64,000 bases of DNA from Candidatus Latescibacterota bacterium (GTDB lineage: Bacteria > Latescibacterota > UBA2968 > UBA8231). Positions 46,099-56,560 of the stretch are shown here, in pieces. The DNA lies in assembly GCA_965248265.1 (NCBI GenBank), contig CBDFJF010000001.1, forward strand, positions 1,408,001-1,472,000, read 5' to 3'. The position numbers were made by a program, and so were the translations under genes. Numbering within the stretch: the stretch's first letter is position 1; the number at the start of each line of letters is the position of its first letter. The notes under the pieces were generated by a model. The model had not been told where the DNA came from and made no database searches. It saw nothing but the letters and a program-made list of their open reading frames with translations.

Positions 46099-48675
46099 CT
46101 ATGACGCAGCCGTTTTCCGGAGGTACGCCGCGACGGTGCGGCCGGCCCGATGTCCATCCTGGTAGCACCAATGCGCGCCATGGAATCCGCCAATCTGCGC
46201 GCCTGCGACAAACCAACCTGGTTCGGACAGCTCGTTGCCACCCAGCCTCGTAGGAATCCGGCCCGATTGTGACACGGCCAGGCCAGCGGCCGTGATCAGT
46301 TCGATGTTGGGCACGAGTTCGCCGCTGATCACTACGCCGTCACAGTCGACGTGTTCCTGGCCGACCTGGAGCTCCGTGACGCGCAATTCATCCCGGATCG
46401 TGATGGCGTCGACCGCTGTACGCAAAACGGGCCGACCCCACCTGCCGAAATAAAACCGCACCAACAGTCCAGTTGCGGGACCAGACCTTTGATCGAACAT
46501 GAGCGCTTGGTGCGATCCCGCCGACCTCAACTTGGCCGCCGCCGAGAAAGCGATCAGATCCGAACCGATAATTGCGGGACGTTCCATCGGCATTGCCTGA
46601 CAACCGTCGAGCAGCTGCAGCAGCTGCATCGTGGAAAATTCGCGTGCTGGCCGATGACCAGCAATCCAACCCGCTTCGCTACGTGTTTTTTCGCGGGCAC
46701 CACACGCAAACACCACGGCGTCCGCCGCGACCTTTATCTTGCCGGTGTTCGGACCAACCAGTGTCAATGAATTCGTTATCTTGTCGACGTCGATGACCTG
46801 ACATTCGAGCCCGATGTCGGTGCTGGTACCATCGAGCTTGGCTCGCAGGATATCGACGAATTGGCTCCCGAATAAGATCCGCCCGCGAGACCACACGGCG
46901 AAGGTGGGAACACCGCCGCGTTTGACCTCGTATTTCGCCGGTACACCGCCAACCTCGGCTGCTCGGTCGATCAACAGCACTGGCGAGATGCCCGCCTTGG
47001 CCAGACCCACAGCCGCTCCGATGCCGGCCGGCCCCGCGCCCACGATCACGACACGGTAACGAGTTTTTATCGCAGCTTTTTGGGACCGTGCTGCTGGAGG
47101 AGGTCTTTCCTGTACGCCCTCACCCGCAACAATGAATTCCGAACCTGGTCCCCGCTTGGTGACATTTGCCAGCGGTATTCGAAAATGATGGCTGATCATC
47201 TCCGCGACCGGGATGCAACAATTGAATCCCTGGCAACGTCCCGTCAGCACGCGCGTTCGACGTTTGATTCCGTCGAGAGTCGCGGCTCCGCGGCACGAAT
47301 CGATGGCATCCTGAATTTCGCCACGCGAAATGTTTTCGCACGAGCAGACGATGCGTCCGTAGTCGGGGCGTTCGACGATTCGTTGCGGATCGTCGAACGG
47401 GCGACTCCACCAGCCGGGCCACTTGGTTTCGGGGCGACTGTCTGAAGCGGTTTCCTTCTTCCGTAACTCCAGGCCGCACTGTTCCTTCATCTGACGAACG
47501 ACGTACTGGGCGGTTGAAATCGAGGCGGTTAATCCGGTCGAGCGAATCCCCGCAAGCGTTACGATGCCACGATAGCCGTCGTTGAAACGAATCCAGTAGC
47601 TTCCTTGCGCGCAGTTGCAACGCAAACCCGCATACGTGGTGATCACTGGCTGGTCGGACAAGGCCGGGCACATCTGGACGCTACTTTCACGCACAGCGGA
47701 GAGCCCCTCGATCGTCGTGTTGGTGGCATGGACGTCTTCGGGTGGCAGGTCTTCAGCAGTTGGGCCAGCGAGCAAATTGCCAAAGATAGTCGGACTGACA
47801 AGCATTCCTTTTGTCGTTGCGGTCGGGATCGGCAGCAAGATTCGGTCCACGAGATGTGAGCTGTCGCGGTCGTAGATGACGAACTGACCGCGTCTCGGAT
47901 TCAGGTCCATCTGCTCGCCATCATAAACATCCACGAGCTTGCGGCTGCCAAGTCCGGAGGCATTGATCACGAATCGAGCTGGGATACGAATCCCCCCGTG
48001 TGTTCCTATGACAGACTTGATTCCCGCAGCCGGGCCATCGATCGTTGACACGTCCAGGCCAAAAACGATATCAACTCCGTTGCGCACCGCGACTTCGGCA
48101 TACGCAATGCTTGTCGTGAACGGATCCACGATGCTCTCACGCGGTACCACGAGACCACCGAGTACACAGGACGAAATATTCGGTTCCATCCGTTTCGCGA
48201 CTTGCGCGGAAACCAGCTCCACATCGTCGACTCCGTTGGCCAATGCTTTGTCTCGCAGCCCGGGCAGTTGCGCGAGCTGTTCTTCGTTGAGCGCAAGCAT
48301 CAGCGCCGAAACCTGTTTGAACGGTATCTTCAGTTTTTCTGCCAGCGTCGGCCATTGGCGAGATGCAGTGGTGACAAGCTGCGACTCGAGCGTTTCCGGT
48401 ATAGCGTCAAACCCGGTGTGAATGATGGCGCTGTTTCCCTTGCTGGTGCCTTCGCCCACATCGAAGGCCCTATCAATCATTACGATTCGCAGCCGGTACT
48501 GCGACAACTCATAGGCGAGTGCACAGCCGATTACACCGGCGCCGATAATCGCAACGTCGTATGGAGAATCGCTGGTGAACAAACTGGGGGACAATCGGTG
48601 CGTTGAATGACAACCAGGACCGGGCCAGTTGTACCAGATACTTCCAGGGGCGGACTCTGTTTCAGCGTGATTCAT
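46099..48675 (-). CDS. Fused GlpA/LhgO-like FAD oxidoreductase + BFD-like 2Fe-2S + NADH-oxidase-like domain (putative glycerol-3-phosphate dehydrogenase)
   Basis: GAGVIG, TSKGNSAIIHTG, TKGMLVSPTIFGNLLAGPTA, IRSTGLTA; CSCE..RRTRVLTGRCQGFNC; second GAGPAG and ACGARE; adjacent to glpK. Confidence 0.8.
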   Translation of the reverse strand: MNHAETESAPGSIWYNWPGPGCHSTHRLSPSLFTSDSPYDVAIIGAGVIGCALAYELSQYRLRIVMIDRAFDVGEGTSKGNSAIIHTGFDAIPETLESQLVTTASRQWPTLAEKLKIPFKQVSALMLALNEEQLAQLPGLRDKALANGVDDVELVSAQVAKRMEPNISSCVLGGLVVPRESIVDPFTTSIAYAEVAVRNGVDIVFGLDVSTIDGPAAGIKSVIGTHGGIRIPARFVINASGLGSRKLVDVYDGEQMDLNPRRGQFVIYDRDSSHLVDRILLPIPTATTKGMLVSPTIFGNLLAGPTAEDLPPEDVHATNTTIEGLSAVRESSVQMCPALSDQPVITTYAGLRCNCAQGSYWIRFNDGYRGIVTLAGIRSTGLTASISTAQYVVRQMKEQCGLELRKKETASDSRPETKWPGWWSRPFDDPQRIVERPDYGRIVCSCENISRGEIQDAIDSCRGAATLDGIKRRTRVLTGRCQGFNCCIPVAEMISHHFRIPLANVTKRGPGSEFIVAGEGVQERPPPAARSQKAAIKTRYRVVIVGAGPAGIGAAVGLAKAGISPVLLIDRAAEVGGVPAKYEVKRGGVPTFAVWSRGRILFGSQFVDILRAKLDGTSTDIGLECQVIDVDKITNSLTLVGPNTGKIKVAADAVVFACGAREKTRSEAGWIAGHRPAREFSTMQLLQLLDGCQAMPMERPAIIGSDLIAFSAAAKLRSAGSHQALMFDQRSGPATGLLVRFYFGRWGRPVLRTAVDAITIRDELRVTELQVGQEHVDCDGVVISGELVPNIELITAAGLAVSQSGRIPTRLGGNELSEPGWFVAGAQIGGFHGAHWCYQDGHRAGRTVAAYLRKTAAS

Positions 48676-50197
48676 GATCGAAAAACAGACCTTCGTCCCC
48701 CATCTGGACAACCGCCGAGCAGAATCGTTTCCATCTTTCGAATGCGGCCGCGTAGGCGTTGGCGACGGTTGCATCAGGTTCGAATGAAACCCGCTCGCCC
48801 ATAGACTGCGGAAGCTGCTGGGGAGATTCCCAGAGTCCACAGCCTAAACCGGCCAGATATCCTGCACCTAAAGCCGTGCACTCCGACAAGCTGTTGCGCC
48901 TCAAGGATACATTTAGCAGAGCGGCTTGAATCTGCATGAGAAGATCGGATTGGGCCAATCCGCCATCCACATCGACGCACTCAGGACGTATGCCGGATTC
49001 CTCCATGGCATCGAATACCTCCCTGACGCGAAAGGCGATGGCCTCAAGTGCCGACCGAATCAAGTGGCGGCGATCCGTACCCTGGTCCATGCCCAACCAA
49101 CAGGCGCGGGCCCGGCTGGACCATCGTGGTGCGGCCAGGCCGCTGAGGGCTGGGATGAGCATGACCTGTGATGGCGGATCGATTTCCTGTGCCAACCTTG
49201 CTACCTCATCGACATCCGTTGCCAATCCAAGATCACACAACCAGTCCACGAGTGATCCTGCACTGTAGACGCCGCCATCGAACACGTAGGTTGTCTCACC
49301 GCCAATACTCCAACCAACACTGGTGAGCAGGCCAGACGCGCGAAGGGTGGAATCGGTACCGATGTTGGCCAGCAGAAAGCATCCTGTGCCGTAAGTGATT
49401 TTGGCTTGCCCGGTGTCCAGGGCTCGCTGCCCGAATAAGGCTGCCTGCTGGTCCACACAGATTCCAGTTATGGGAATCTCGGACCCGAACATCGCTTGTG
49501 TGGTGACCCCTATCCGTTCCGCATTCGGAACGACCCTGGGGAGGCAATCGATCGGTATGCCAAATGATTCGGCCAGGTGTGGGCTCCACTGCAGCGTCGC
49601 CAGCTCCAACAACATGGTGCGTGACGCCGTGGAAACATCAGTGATGAAATGCTCTCCGCCGGTCAGTTGCCAGAGTAGCCAGGCATCGCTGGTTCCGAGG
49701 CGCAATCGCCCGGCTTCCTGAAGTCTGTGTGCTTCGCCGACATTTTCCAGTATCCAGGCCAGTTTGGCCGCGGAAAAATACGGGTCCAAACGGAGGCCGG
49801 TGGTCGCGGATATGGTTTCTTCCATGCCGCTGGAGCGCCAGCGTTCCGTGAGATGCTCGGTACGCCGATCTTGCCAGGAAATAGCGGGGCAAATCGTACG
49901 CCCACTGGCGCCGTCGAAAGCGATGACGGTTTCCCCCTGATTGGCCAGGCCGATTCCCGCAATTTCGGTAAAGCCTATCCCGGCATTACGGACCGCTGCC
50001 GTTGCGCTTTGGCGAACCGTATCCAACATCCGATCCGGATCAAACTCCACCCAACCTGGCTGCGGGTAAGTTGCCTCGATGCCAAACAGCTCTGGCCAGG
50101 ACGTTCCTATGATGGCTCCATCCTGGTCGATCACGAGCGCTTTCGTGGACGTCGTGCCCTGATCAATAGCCAGAATGTATTTCGCGGTGGTGGCCAC
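48662..50197 (-). CDS. glpK: Glycerol kinase (FGGY family)
   Basis: AIDQGTTS, PQPGWVE, WQDRRT, LDPYFSA, TDVSTASRT, DQQAALFGQ, KITYGTGCF, DGG. Confidence 0.8.
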   Translation of the reverse strand: MATTAKYILAIDQGTTSTKALVIDQDGAIIGTSWPELFGIEATYPQPGWVEFDPDRMLDTVRQSATAAVRNAGIGFTEIAGIGLANQGETVIAFDGASGRTICPAISWQDRRTEHLTERWRSSGMEETISATTGLRLDPYFSAAKLAWILENVGEAHRLQEAGRLRLGTSDAWLLWQLTGGEHFITDVSTASRTMLLELATLQWSPHLAESFGIPIDCLPRVVPNAERIGVTTQAMFGSEIPITGICVDQQAALFGQRALDTGQAKITYGTGCFLLANIGTDSTLRASGLLTSVGWSIGGETTYVFDGGVYSAGSLVDWLCDLGLATDVDEVARLAQEIDPPSQVMLIPALSGLAAPRWSSRARACWLGMDQGTDRRHLIRSALEAIAFRVREVFDAMEESGIRPECVDVDGGLAQSDLLMQIQAALLNVSLRRNSLSECTALGAGYLAGLGCGLWESPQQLPQSMGERVSFEPDATVANAYAAAFERWKRFCSAVVQMGDEGLFFDHESR

Positions 50198-50206
50198 CGT
50201 TACGCC

Positions 50207-50665
50207 CTACTGCCCCGTCGGTCCACCCATCCCGAACTTTTCCTGTAGCAGAGCGAGATCGCGTGCCAGAACCGCTCGCTCCAACGATGTGCGAATACGC
50301 GCGAGCAACTCTTCCTTGCTGAAGGGTTTCGTCACGTAGTCATCTCCACCCGCCTCGAACGCCTGTGTGATCGCCTGCAGATCGTGTCGCGCGGTCACGA
50401 AGATAACGGGCACGTCCTCCATCTCTTCTAGCGTTTTAAGCCGGCGGCAAGTCTCGTAACCATCGATGCCCGGCATCATCACGTCCAACAGAATGAGGTC
50501 GGGCTTTGCCGCCGAAACCACTTGCAACGCCTGCTCGCCTGTGGTGGCCACCGATATCCGGAATCCGGCGGTTTCCAACATCTCTACCAGCACGTCGAGA
50601 TTGGCCGGCGTATCGTCGACGACCAGAATCGTGCATCCTGTCAGATCGGGACTGGTTCTCGCCAT
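50207..50665 (-). CDS. Single-domain response regulator
   Basis: ILVVDD, ILLDVMMP, IFVT, YVTKPF; no output domain. Confidence 0.88.
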   Translation of the reverse strand: MARTSPDLTGCTILVVDDTPANLDVLVEMLETAGFRISVATTGEQALQVVSAAKPDLILLDVMMPGIDGYETCRRLKTLEEMEDVPVIFVTARHDLQAITQAFEAGGDDYVTKPFSKEELLARIRTSLERAVLARDLALLQEKFGMGGPTGQ

Positions 50666-50693
50666 GGTTTCACCTTTCTCCGCAGACGGTTCA

Positions 50694-53600
50694 CTACAGC
50701 TGTTCAAGTGTCTCTCTGATCGCATCCATATCGTAACGCTGTGCCAGCTCGCGCAGGTGAGAGGCCAGGCTCTGCCCTTCCTCCCCGAGATCCTCGACGC
50801 GCGTCAAATGCCTGCGCAGATCGGTAACACTTTGACCTTGGACCGCTGCGAGCAGGTCGTCGCGCAACGCCCCCGGCAGCTCAACTTCGTGCCAGTCAAC
50901 AACCACTGACTCCACGACCTCGGGCTCCGTTGTGTATTCGTACTCCACGCCTATCTCTTCGGCCAGGCATTGGTAGACGGCTTCCGCGCGTATCGGTTTT
51001 TCGATCAATCGGGCGAAACCCAGTTCCAGGAACCGCTTCCGCTGATGGTCGAACACCGATGCGGTCACCGCCACGACCTTCGCGGTACTCGCTCCGTATT
51101 CGGCGATCAAGCGCTCGAGCGTAGCCGGACCGTCCAGCACCGGCATGCGAATGTCGAGAAGAATGATATCCGGCATACCCTCCCGTACCCTCTCCAAAGC
51201 CTCTTGCCCATCCTCGGCCTCCACGACGTCTACTCCGATTTTGCGCAGAAAAAGAGCGAGGACGTCACGATTCGTCGCCACGTCGTCGACGACGAGAGCT
51301 CGCACGGAAGTGCCCGCGGCGAGATGTCGCACCTTCGACCAGTCCATCCTTGTTTCCCGTGCTCCTGCGACATGCCCTGCTGCAGCGGGTAGTGGCAGGG
51401 TGAAGGAAAACCCTGCACCTTCGCCCGGCCTGGACTCCAGCTCGATGTTCCCCCCCATCATCTCGACGAAGCGGCGCGAGATGGTAAGGCCCAACCCTGT
51501 GCCACCCTGGCGTAATCCTTCCCCTTCTTGCCGGAACGCATCAAAAATGGTCGCCTGCTGCTCCGTGGCAATGCCCGCACCGGTGTCGACGACCTCAAAC
51601 GTGTGCGAATCGTCATCCGGCCGCACCTTCACCCGCAATAGTACCTCGCCTTCACGCGTGAACTTGACGGCATTGCTCAGCAGATTGATCAGCACCTGGC
51701 GCAGCTTGCCCCCGTCGCCGTGCACGGGGAGGTCGGGTAAGCTTTCCTCGAAGCGCCAATCCACATTCTTCCGGTGGCACTGCATGGCGAACATTAACTC
51801 CAGTTCGTGCAGCATGCCCTTCAGGTCAAAATCGGCTTCATGCAGCTCCTCGCGCCCCGCTTCAATCTTAGAGATGTCGAGCACGTCGTTGATCAACCTC
51901 AGCAGTTGCTGTCCGCTGCTTTCGATGGTGCTGATCGCTTTCCGCTGGCTGTCGTTTAGACGGCTGTCGTCACCGAGAATCTGGGTGTAGCCGAGAATGG
52001 CGTTCATCGGGGTCCGCATCTCGTGGCTCATGTTCGCGAGAAACTGACTCTTGGCTTGACTGGCAGCCTGGGCGTGCTGCTTAGCGCGTTGCAACTCATC
52101 ATCGGCCCGCTTGCGCTCCGTGATATCCCGGAACGTACCGACGTAGAATCCCAGATCCTGCCCCGTCTTTGCCTCCGTCACCATCGCTTCCATCGGAAAT
52201 ATCGATCCGTCGGCGCGCCGACCTGTCATCTCGCGATACGTCTGGAGGGCTGCTAGCTGCTTTGGGTCGGGTTCGTCCGCCTTCCCCCCCTCTGCACCGA
52301 ACAGACGCGTCAAGGGCCGGCGAGCCATTTCCTCCTCGCTGTATCCGAAAATCGCTTCGGCGGCCGGATTCCATGTAAGGATGGCGAACGACTCCTTGGC
52401 ACAGGTGACGATGCCGTCCATGGCCGTCTTCACTGTAGCCTCGGTCCGGGCCGTTGCTCTCTCCAGCGCTTCCATCACGAGATTGTATCGCTGGGCGATC
52501 TGCCCGATCTCCGTGAACGGTTCCACCGGTACCCGTAGGTCCAGCGCGCCCGACTTGGACTGGCGATCCATCACCTCGAACAGCTCCAGGAGATCTGTAG
52601 TGGCGCCGTGTTCCGATACGTTTAAACCGACCTCTTCCTGTTCGGGCGTGACTCTGAGTTGAGTGAAGTAGTTGATCGCGGAAAATAGAATGAAGGTTAC
52701 CCCGAAAGCCCAGACGAAGCAGGCTGCGATGCCTGTCGTTTGCGCATTTATCTGATCCCAGAAGCCGAGTCCCGTACCCAGCAAGTCTGGCTCACCGAAG
52801 AGGGCTACAGCCAGTGTTCCCCATATACCTGCGCCCAGGTGAACGGGGACGGCGCCCACGGCATCGTCGATTCGTAGGCGCAGCAGCAGATGGTCCACCC
52901 CCACCATCACTACTCCACCTGCGGCCCCGATGGCAACGGCCGACACCGTCGTCACGGCGAAGGCACTGGCCGTGATGGCCACAAGACCCGCCAGCGAGCC
53001 ATTGAGCATCAGGTCCACGTCTGCACGGTCTCGCGTCAGCCAGCCCAGGGCCACCGCCGCCACCATGCCCGCCGCACCTGCAAACACCGTGTTGGCGATG
53101 ATCCCCGGTACCTGGCCGTTCATGGCGAGCGTACTGCCGCCGTTGAAACCGAACCAGCCCATCCACAGCAGGATGACGCCCAGTGTCGCAACGGGCACGT
53201 TGGCTCCGGGGATCTTGCGTGGCGGTCCATCCTCAGGAAAACGACCGCTGCGCGGACCGATGATCAACAGAAGAGCGAGGGCGCACCACCCGCCAACGCT
53301 GTGAACGACGGTGGAACCGGCGAAATCGACAAATCCCCTCATACCCAACCAACCATTCGGCGCCTCCACATCCACACCACTCCAGGCCCAGTGACCGAAA
53401 ACGGGATACACCAGAACCGCCACTGCCGCAGCCACTAAGAGATAGCTCGAAAACCGAAGCCGCTCCGCGATGGCGCCGGAGATGATCGTCACCGTAGTTC
53501 CACAGAACATGGCTCCAAACAGGAGGAAGACGGCGAACCAGGCTCCAGCTCGACCGAAATCGGGAACGAAATCACTCGTTCCTATCCACCCACCATTCGA

Positions 53601-53801
53601 CGCCCCCCACATGAGCCCGTATCCGACTGCCCAGTACAGGACGATGGACAACCCCAGGTCAGCCAGGTTTTTGACGGCGACATTGATGTTGTTCTTGCTG
53701 CGCGTCAGCCCCGTTTCCAGACACAGAAAACCGCCCTGCATCAGGAAGACCAGGCCGGCGCTGACTGTCACCCAGAGGATGTCTATCAGTGGTTTGTCCA
53801 T
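50694..53801 (-). CDS. amt: Ammonium transporter (Amt)-PAS-histidine kinase-REC hybrid sensor
   Basis: Amt: FLMQGGF..LE, ISGAIAER, DFAGSTVVH, GWFGFNGGS, IDD..VPVH; PAS; H-box ANMSHEMRTP; NLLSNAVKFT; GTGLGL; REC VVDD/ILLD. Confidence 0.92.
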   Translation of the reverse strand: MDKPLIDILWVTVSAGLVFLMQGGFLCLETGLTRSKNNINVAVKNLADLGLSIVLYWAVGYGLMWGASNGGWIGTSDFVPDFGRAGAWFAVFLLFGAMFCGTTVTIISGAIAERLRFSSYLLVAAAVAVLVYPVFGHWAWSGVDVEAPNGWLGMRGFVDFAGSTVVHSVGGWCALALLLIIGPRSGRFPEDGPPRKIPGANVPVATLGVILLWMGWFGFNGGSTLAMNGQVPGIIANTVFAGAAGMVAAVALGWLTRDRADVDLMLNGSLAGLVAITASAFAVTTVSAVAIGAAGGVVMVGVDHLLLRLRIDDAVGAVPVHLGAGIWGTLAVALFGEPDLLGTGLGFWDQINAQTTGIAACFVWAFGVTFILFSAINYFTQLRVTPEQEEVGLNVSEHGATTDLLELFEVMDRQSKSGALDLRVPVEPFTEIGQIAQRYNLVMEALERATARTEATVKTAMDGIVTCAKESFAILTWNPAAEAIFGYSEEEMARRPLTRLFGAEGGKADEPDPKQLAALQTYREMTGRRADGSIFPMEAMVTEAKTGQDLGFYVGTFRDITERKRADDELQRAKQHAQAASQAKSQFLANMSHEMRTPMNAILGYTQILGDDSRLNDSQRKAISTIESSGQQLLRLINDVLDISKIEAGREELHEADFDLKGMLHELELMFAMQCHRKNVDWRFEESLPDLPVHGDGGKLRQVLINLLSNAVKFTREGEVLLRVKVRPDDDSHTFEVVDTGAGIATEQQATIFDAFRQEGEGLRQGGTGLGLTISRRFVEMMGGNIELESRPGEGAGFSFTLPLPAAAGHVAGARETRMDWSKVRHLAAGTSVRALVVDDVATNRDVLALFLRKIGVDVVEAEDGQEALERVREGMPDIILLDIRMPVLDGPATLERLIAEYGASTAKVVAVTASVFDHQRKRFLELGFARLIEKPIRAEAVYQCLAEEIGVEYEYTTEPEVVESVVVDWHEVELPGALRDDLLAAVQGQSVTDLRRHLTRVEDLGEEGQSLASHLRELAQRYDMDAIRETLEQL

Positions 53802-53918
53802 AGATGTCCGGAGTATAGGTAGGACACAGCTGTATTGATAGCAGCTTGCTTGGCTGCGGTCCCTGCATGATACTTCGAGAGCTACCGAAAGACAACCTGT
53901 TACCCTGGACAAGATGTC

Positions 53919-54869
53919 ATGAGAAAATTGTTCGTGACCGTCCTTCTCGTGAGCGTTACGTGGAGCAGTAAAGCGATGACTCAGTCGGCATCAACGGTTT
54001 CCTTTCACGGCTACGACGACTGTATTCGGCTCGAGAATGAAAGCAGCCGGGTTACGCTCTCTCCCGCCAGCGGCGGCCGGGTATTGGAGTACACCCTGAA
54101 TGGAAAAAATGCGATGTTCCTGCCTCCTGGCCAGGAAGGCGGGCTCTACGCAGGGCGGTTTGATATCGGTCCCGAACAGACTATACCTGCGCATCCGGAC
54201 CTGTGGGGCGGGCAGTGGACAGGCGAGATTACCGGGCGCGGGTCGGCTCGCCTGACCAGTGTCCAAGATCCTGCGACCGGCGTGCAGCTGATTCGCGATT
54301 TTGAACTCGACGCGAAGTCTTCGCGTCTGACGTGTACGCAGATCATGACGAATGTGTCGGATCGACCCAACGCGTACTGCTATTGGAGTCGAACGCTGGC
54401 ACTCGGTGGCGGCATTTGCGTAATCCCGGTGACAGAACCCAGCCGTTTTCCAAACTCCTACGTCATGTATGAGCCCGATAACGCGATCAATTTCCTTCCC
54501 GTAGATCCGAACATTCGAATGCGCGATGGATTTATCGAGATCGTGGGGGCTCCCAAGTATCCCAAGGTGGGTATGGATACCTTTGACGGCTGGATGGCCT
54601 ATGTGATGAAGAACGATGTCATGTTCGTGAAGGGGTTTCCCGTCTATCCCGACCGCGCTTACAACGAGATCGCGGGCTTTACCCTGGCCATCTACTACCC
54701 GGAACACATGTGCGAGCTCGAACCGATTGGCCCCCGTGAGAGCTTGCAGCCCGGTGAGAGCGCGTCCTTCACGGAGACATGGGTCTTGCTGCCCCATGAG
54801 TATCCTGCACCTGGGAAACAGCTGGACCTGCAGAACGTGGCTGCCAAGGCCATCGCTGCCATTGAGTAA
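53919..54869 (+). CDS. Secreted galactose-mutarotase-fold / DUF4380-like protein
   Basis: Signal peptide; GGRVLEY, RFDIGPE, CELEPIGP..LQPGESASFTETW. Confidence 0.6.
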   Translation: MRKLFVTVLLVSVTWSSKAMTQSASTVSFHGYDDCIRLENESSRVTLSPASGGRVLEYTLNGKNAMFLPPGQEGGLYAGRFDIGPEQTIPAHPDLWGGQWTGEITGRGSARLTSVQDPATGVQLIRDFELDAKSSRLTCTQIMTNVSDRPNAYCYWSRTLALGGGICVIPVTEPSRFPNSYVMYEPDNAINFLPVDPNIRMRDGFIEIVGAPKYPKVGMDTFDGWMAYVMKNDVMFVKGFPVYPDRAYNEIAGFTLAIYYPEHMCELEPIGPRESLQPGESASFTETWVLLPHEYPAPGKQLDLQNVAAKAIAAIE

Positions 54870-54968
54870 TCCCTCGCCTACGTGGCCTGTTGAACCGACT
54901 GACGAGGCGCAGCATTGGCTCGAGTTGGCCGAGGCCTCAACCGACCACTTCGTCAAAGGAGTTGATAA

Positions 54969-56138
54969 GTGAAGATGTATCGTGTGGCTATTCTGGGTTG
55001 TCGAGGACGGGGGACAGCTGCCGCCAGAGGATACGATCAGCACCCCCGCACCGAGCTAGTCGGCCTTTGTGATCTGGTCCCGGAACGACTCGATGCGATG
55101 GGGGAAGAATTCGGTGTACCTGCGCGGTTTAACGACTACCACGAGATGATCGAGCAGACAAAGCCGGACATCGTCGCCATCCCGACAGGGACCGAGTTTC
55201 ACTACGAGTTGGCCATGGGCGTACTCGAACACGGAGTGCACATCGACGTCGAAAAGCCGATGTGCGTCGATCTGGAGCAATCTGACAAGCTACTGGCACG
55301 GGCGCAATCGCAAGGGGTGCGAATCGCCGTCCATCACCAGGGCAGGACAGGCGGGCATTTCAGAGCCGTGCAGCGAGCGCTACATGAAGGGCGCATCGGC
55401 GAGCTCAGGTATCTCCTCGGTAGCGGTAAGGGGTACTACGCCGGTTACGGACTGATGAACATCGGAACCCACATGCTCAACAACATTATCGGAGTCGCCG
55501 GCCACTGTCGCAGCGTCTCGTCGACGGTGCTCACAGACGGACGCCGTATCACTCCGAACGACGTGGTTCCAGCCGCCAGCGGCATGGGGTACGTGGCGGG
55601 AGAGCGTGCGACTGCGTCACTGGAGTTCGAGGGGAACGTCACCGGAACGCTGCTACAGCACCGTTTCCCCAAAGTGGATTCCACAGGTTACTGTCTGGAG
55701 ATCTACGGCACGGAAGGCAGGTTGTTCTGGAAGAGCGGAGCCGCGTATTACCTTCCGGTCCCGCACGACGTACCAACAGGCGACGGTCAATGGCAGGCGC
55801 TCGAACCGATCTCAGCGCAAACATACGACCCTGACGGCGCAGCCGATGAAGCCGACTACTGTTTTGCCGACGAATACGTACAGGCCCTGGACCAGAATCG
55901 CGAGCACGAGTGCAGCGGCAAAGAGGCCCGGCACGTGATCGAGATCCTGATGGCCATTTTCGAATCGGGAGCGTACGGCTGCCGCGTGGATCTGCCACAG
56001 GAGGATCGCCGCAACCCATTGCTGCGGTGGCGGGAAGAAGCCGGTCTGGGCTTGCCTGAGCCTCTGCCGCGGCCCTACTACGAATGGCTGGCCGCCGAAG
56101 ACGCCAGACTGGGCCGCCTGGCAACGACCCCATCGTAA
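54969..56138 (+). CDS. Gfo/Idh/MocA family oxidoreductase
   Basis: AAGGAG RBS + GTG; ILGCRGRG, VEKPM, GTH. Confidence 0.88.
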   Translation: MKMYRVAILGCRGRGTAAARGYDQHPRTELVGLCDLVPERLDAMGEEFGVPARFNDYHEMIEQTKPDIVAIPTGTEFHYELAMGVLEHGVHIDVEKPMCVDLEQSDKLLARAQSQGVRIAVHHQGRTGGHFRAVQRALHEGRIGELRYLLGSGKGYYAGYGLMNIGTHMLNNIIGVAGHCRSVSSTVLTDGRRITPNDVVPAASGMGYVAGERATASLEFEGNVTGTLLQHRFPKVDSTGYCLEIYGTEGRLFWKSGAAYYLPVPHDVPTGDGQWQALEPISAQTYDPDGAADEADYCFADEYVQALDQNREHECSGKEARHVIEILMAIFESGAYGCRVDLPQEDRRNPLLRWREEAGLGLPEPLPRPYYEWLAAEDARLGRLATTPS

Positions 56139-56404
56139 CCCCGCACAGCCTACCCCCAATCCGCGGGGGCCAGCGACGAGCACTGCTGACGGCTGCTCGC
56201 AGCCAATCTGCCGTGGCGAGCTGCTCTGACCGCTAGATGTCGCCGTCGTGGAGCACGGTCACGTAGGCACAGAAGGCACCCTCCCAGGGCCGATCGAATC
56301 TCAGGGCCACTTCTGCCGGTCGAGGGTGGTGGAGGACGAGTCGAGTCCCAAGCAGCTCGTCATCCGCTGCCACAGTAAGGGCCATCATGGGGTTCTGGCG
56401 CACG

Positions 56405-56560
56405 TCAGCATTCCACAGGAATAGGACTGATTACATCCTTGAGCAAGATCCCCCGCCCGTCCCGCCAGACGTAATACTTGTCAGTCTCCTCGACGATTTC
56501 CTCACCGCACGCGAATGGGCATCAAACCCGAAGTAGGTGTGAACATCATTTTCCACGACA
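56405..56560 (-). pseudogene. Frameshifted fragment resembling the N-terminus of URO-D/methylcobamide-family proteins
   Basis: DVHTYFGFD followed in another frame by GEEIVEETDKYYVWRDGRGILLKD; similarity from memory only. Confidence 0.35.
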
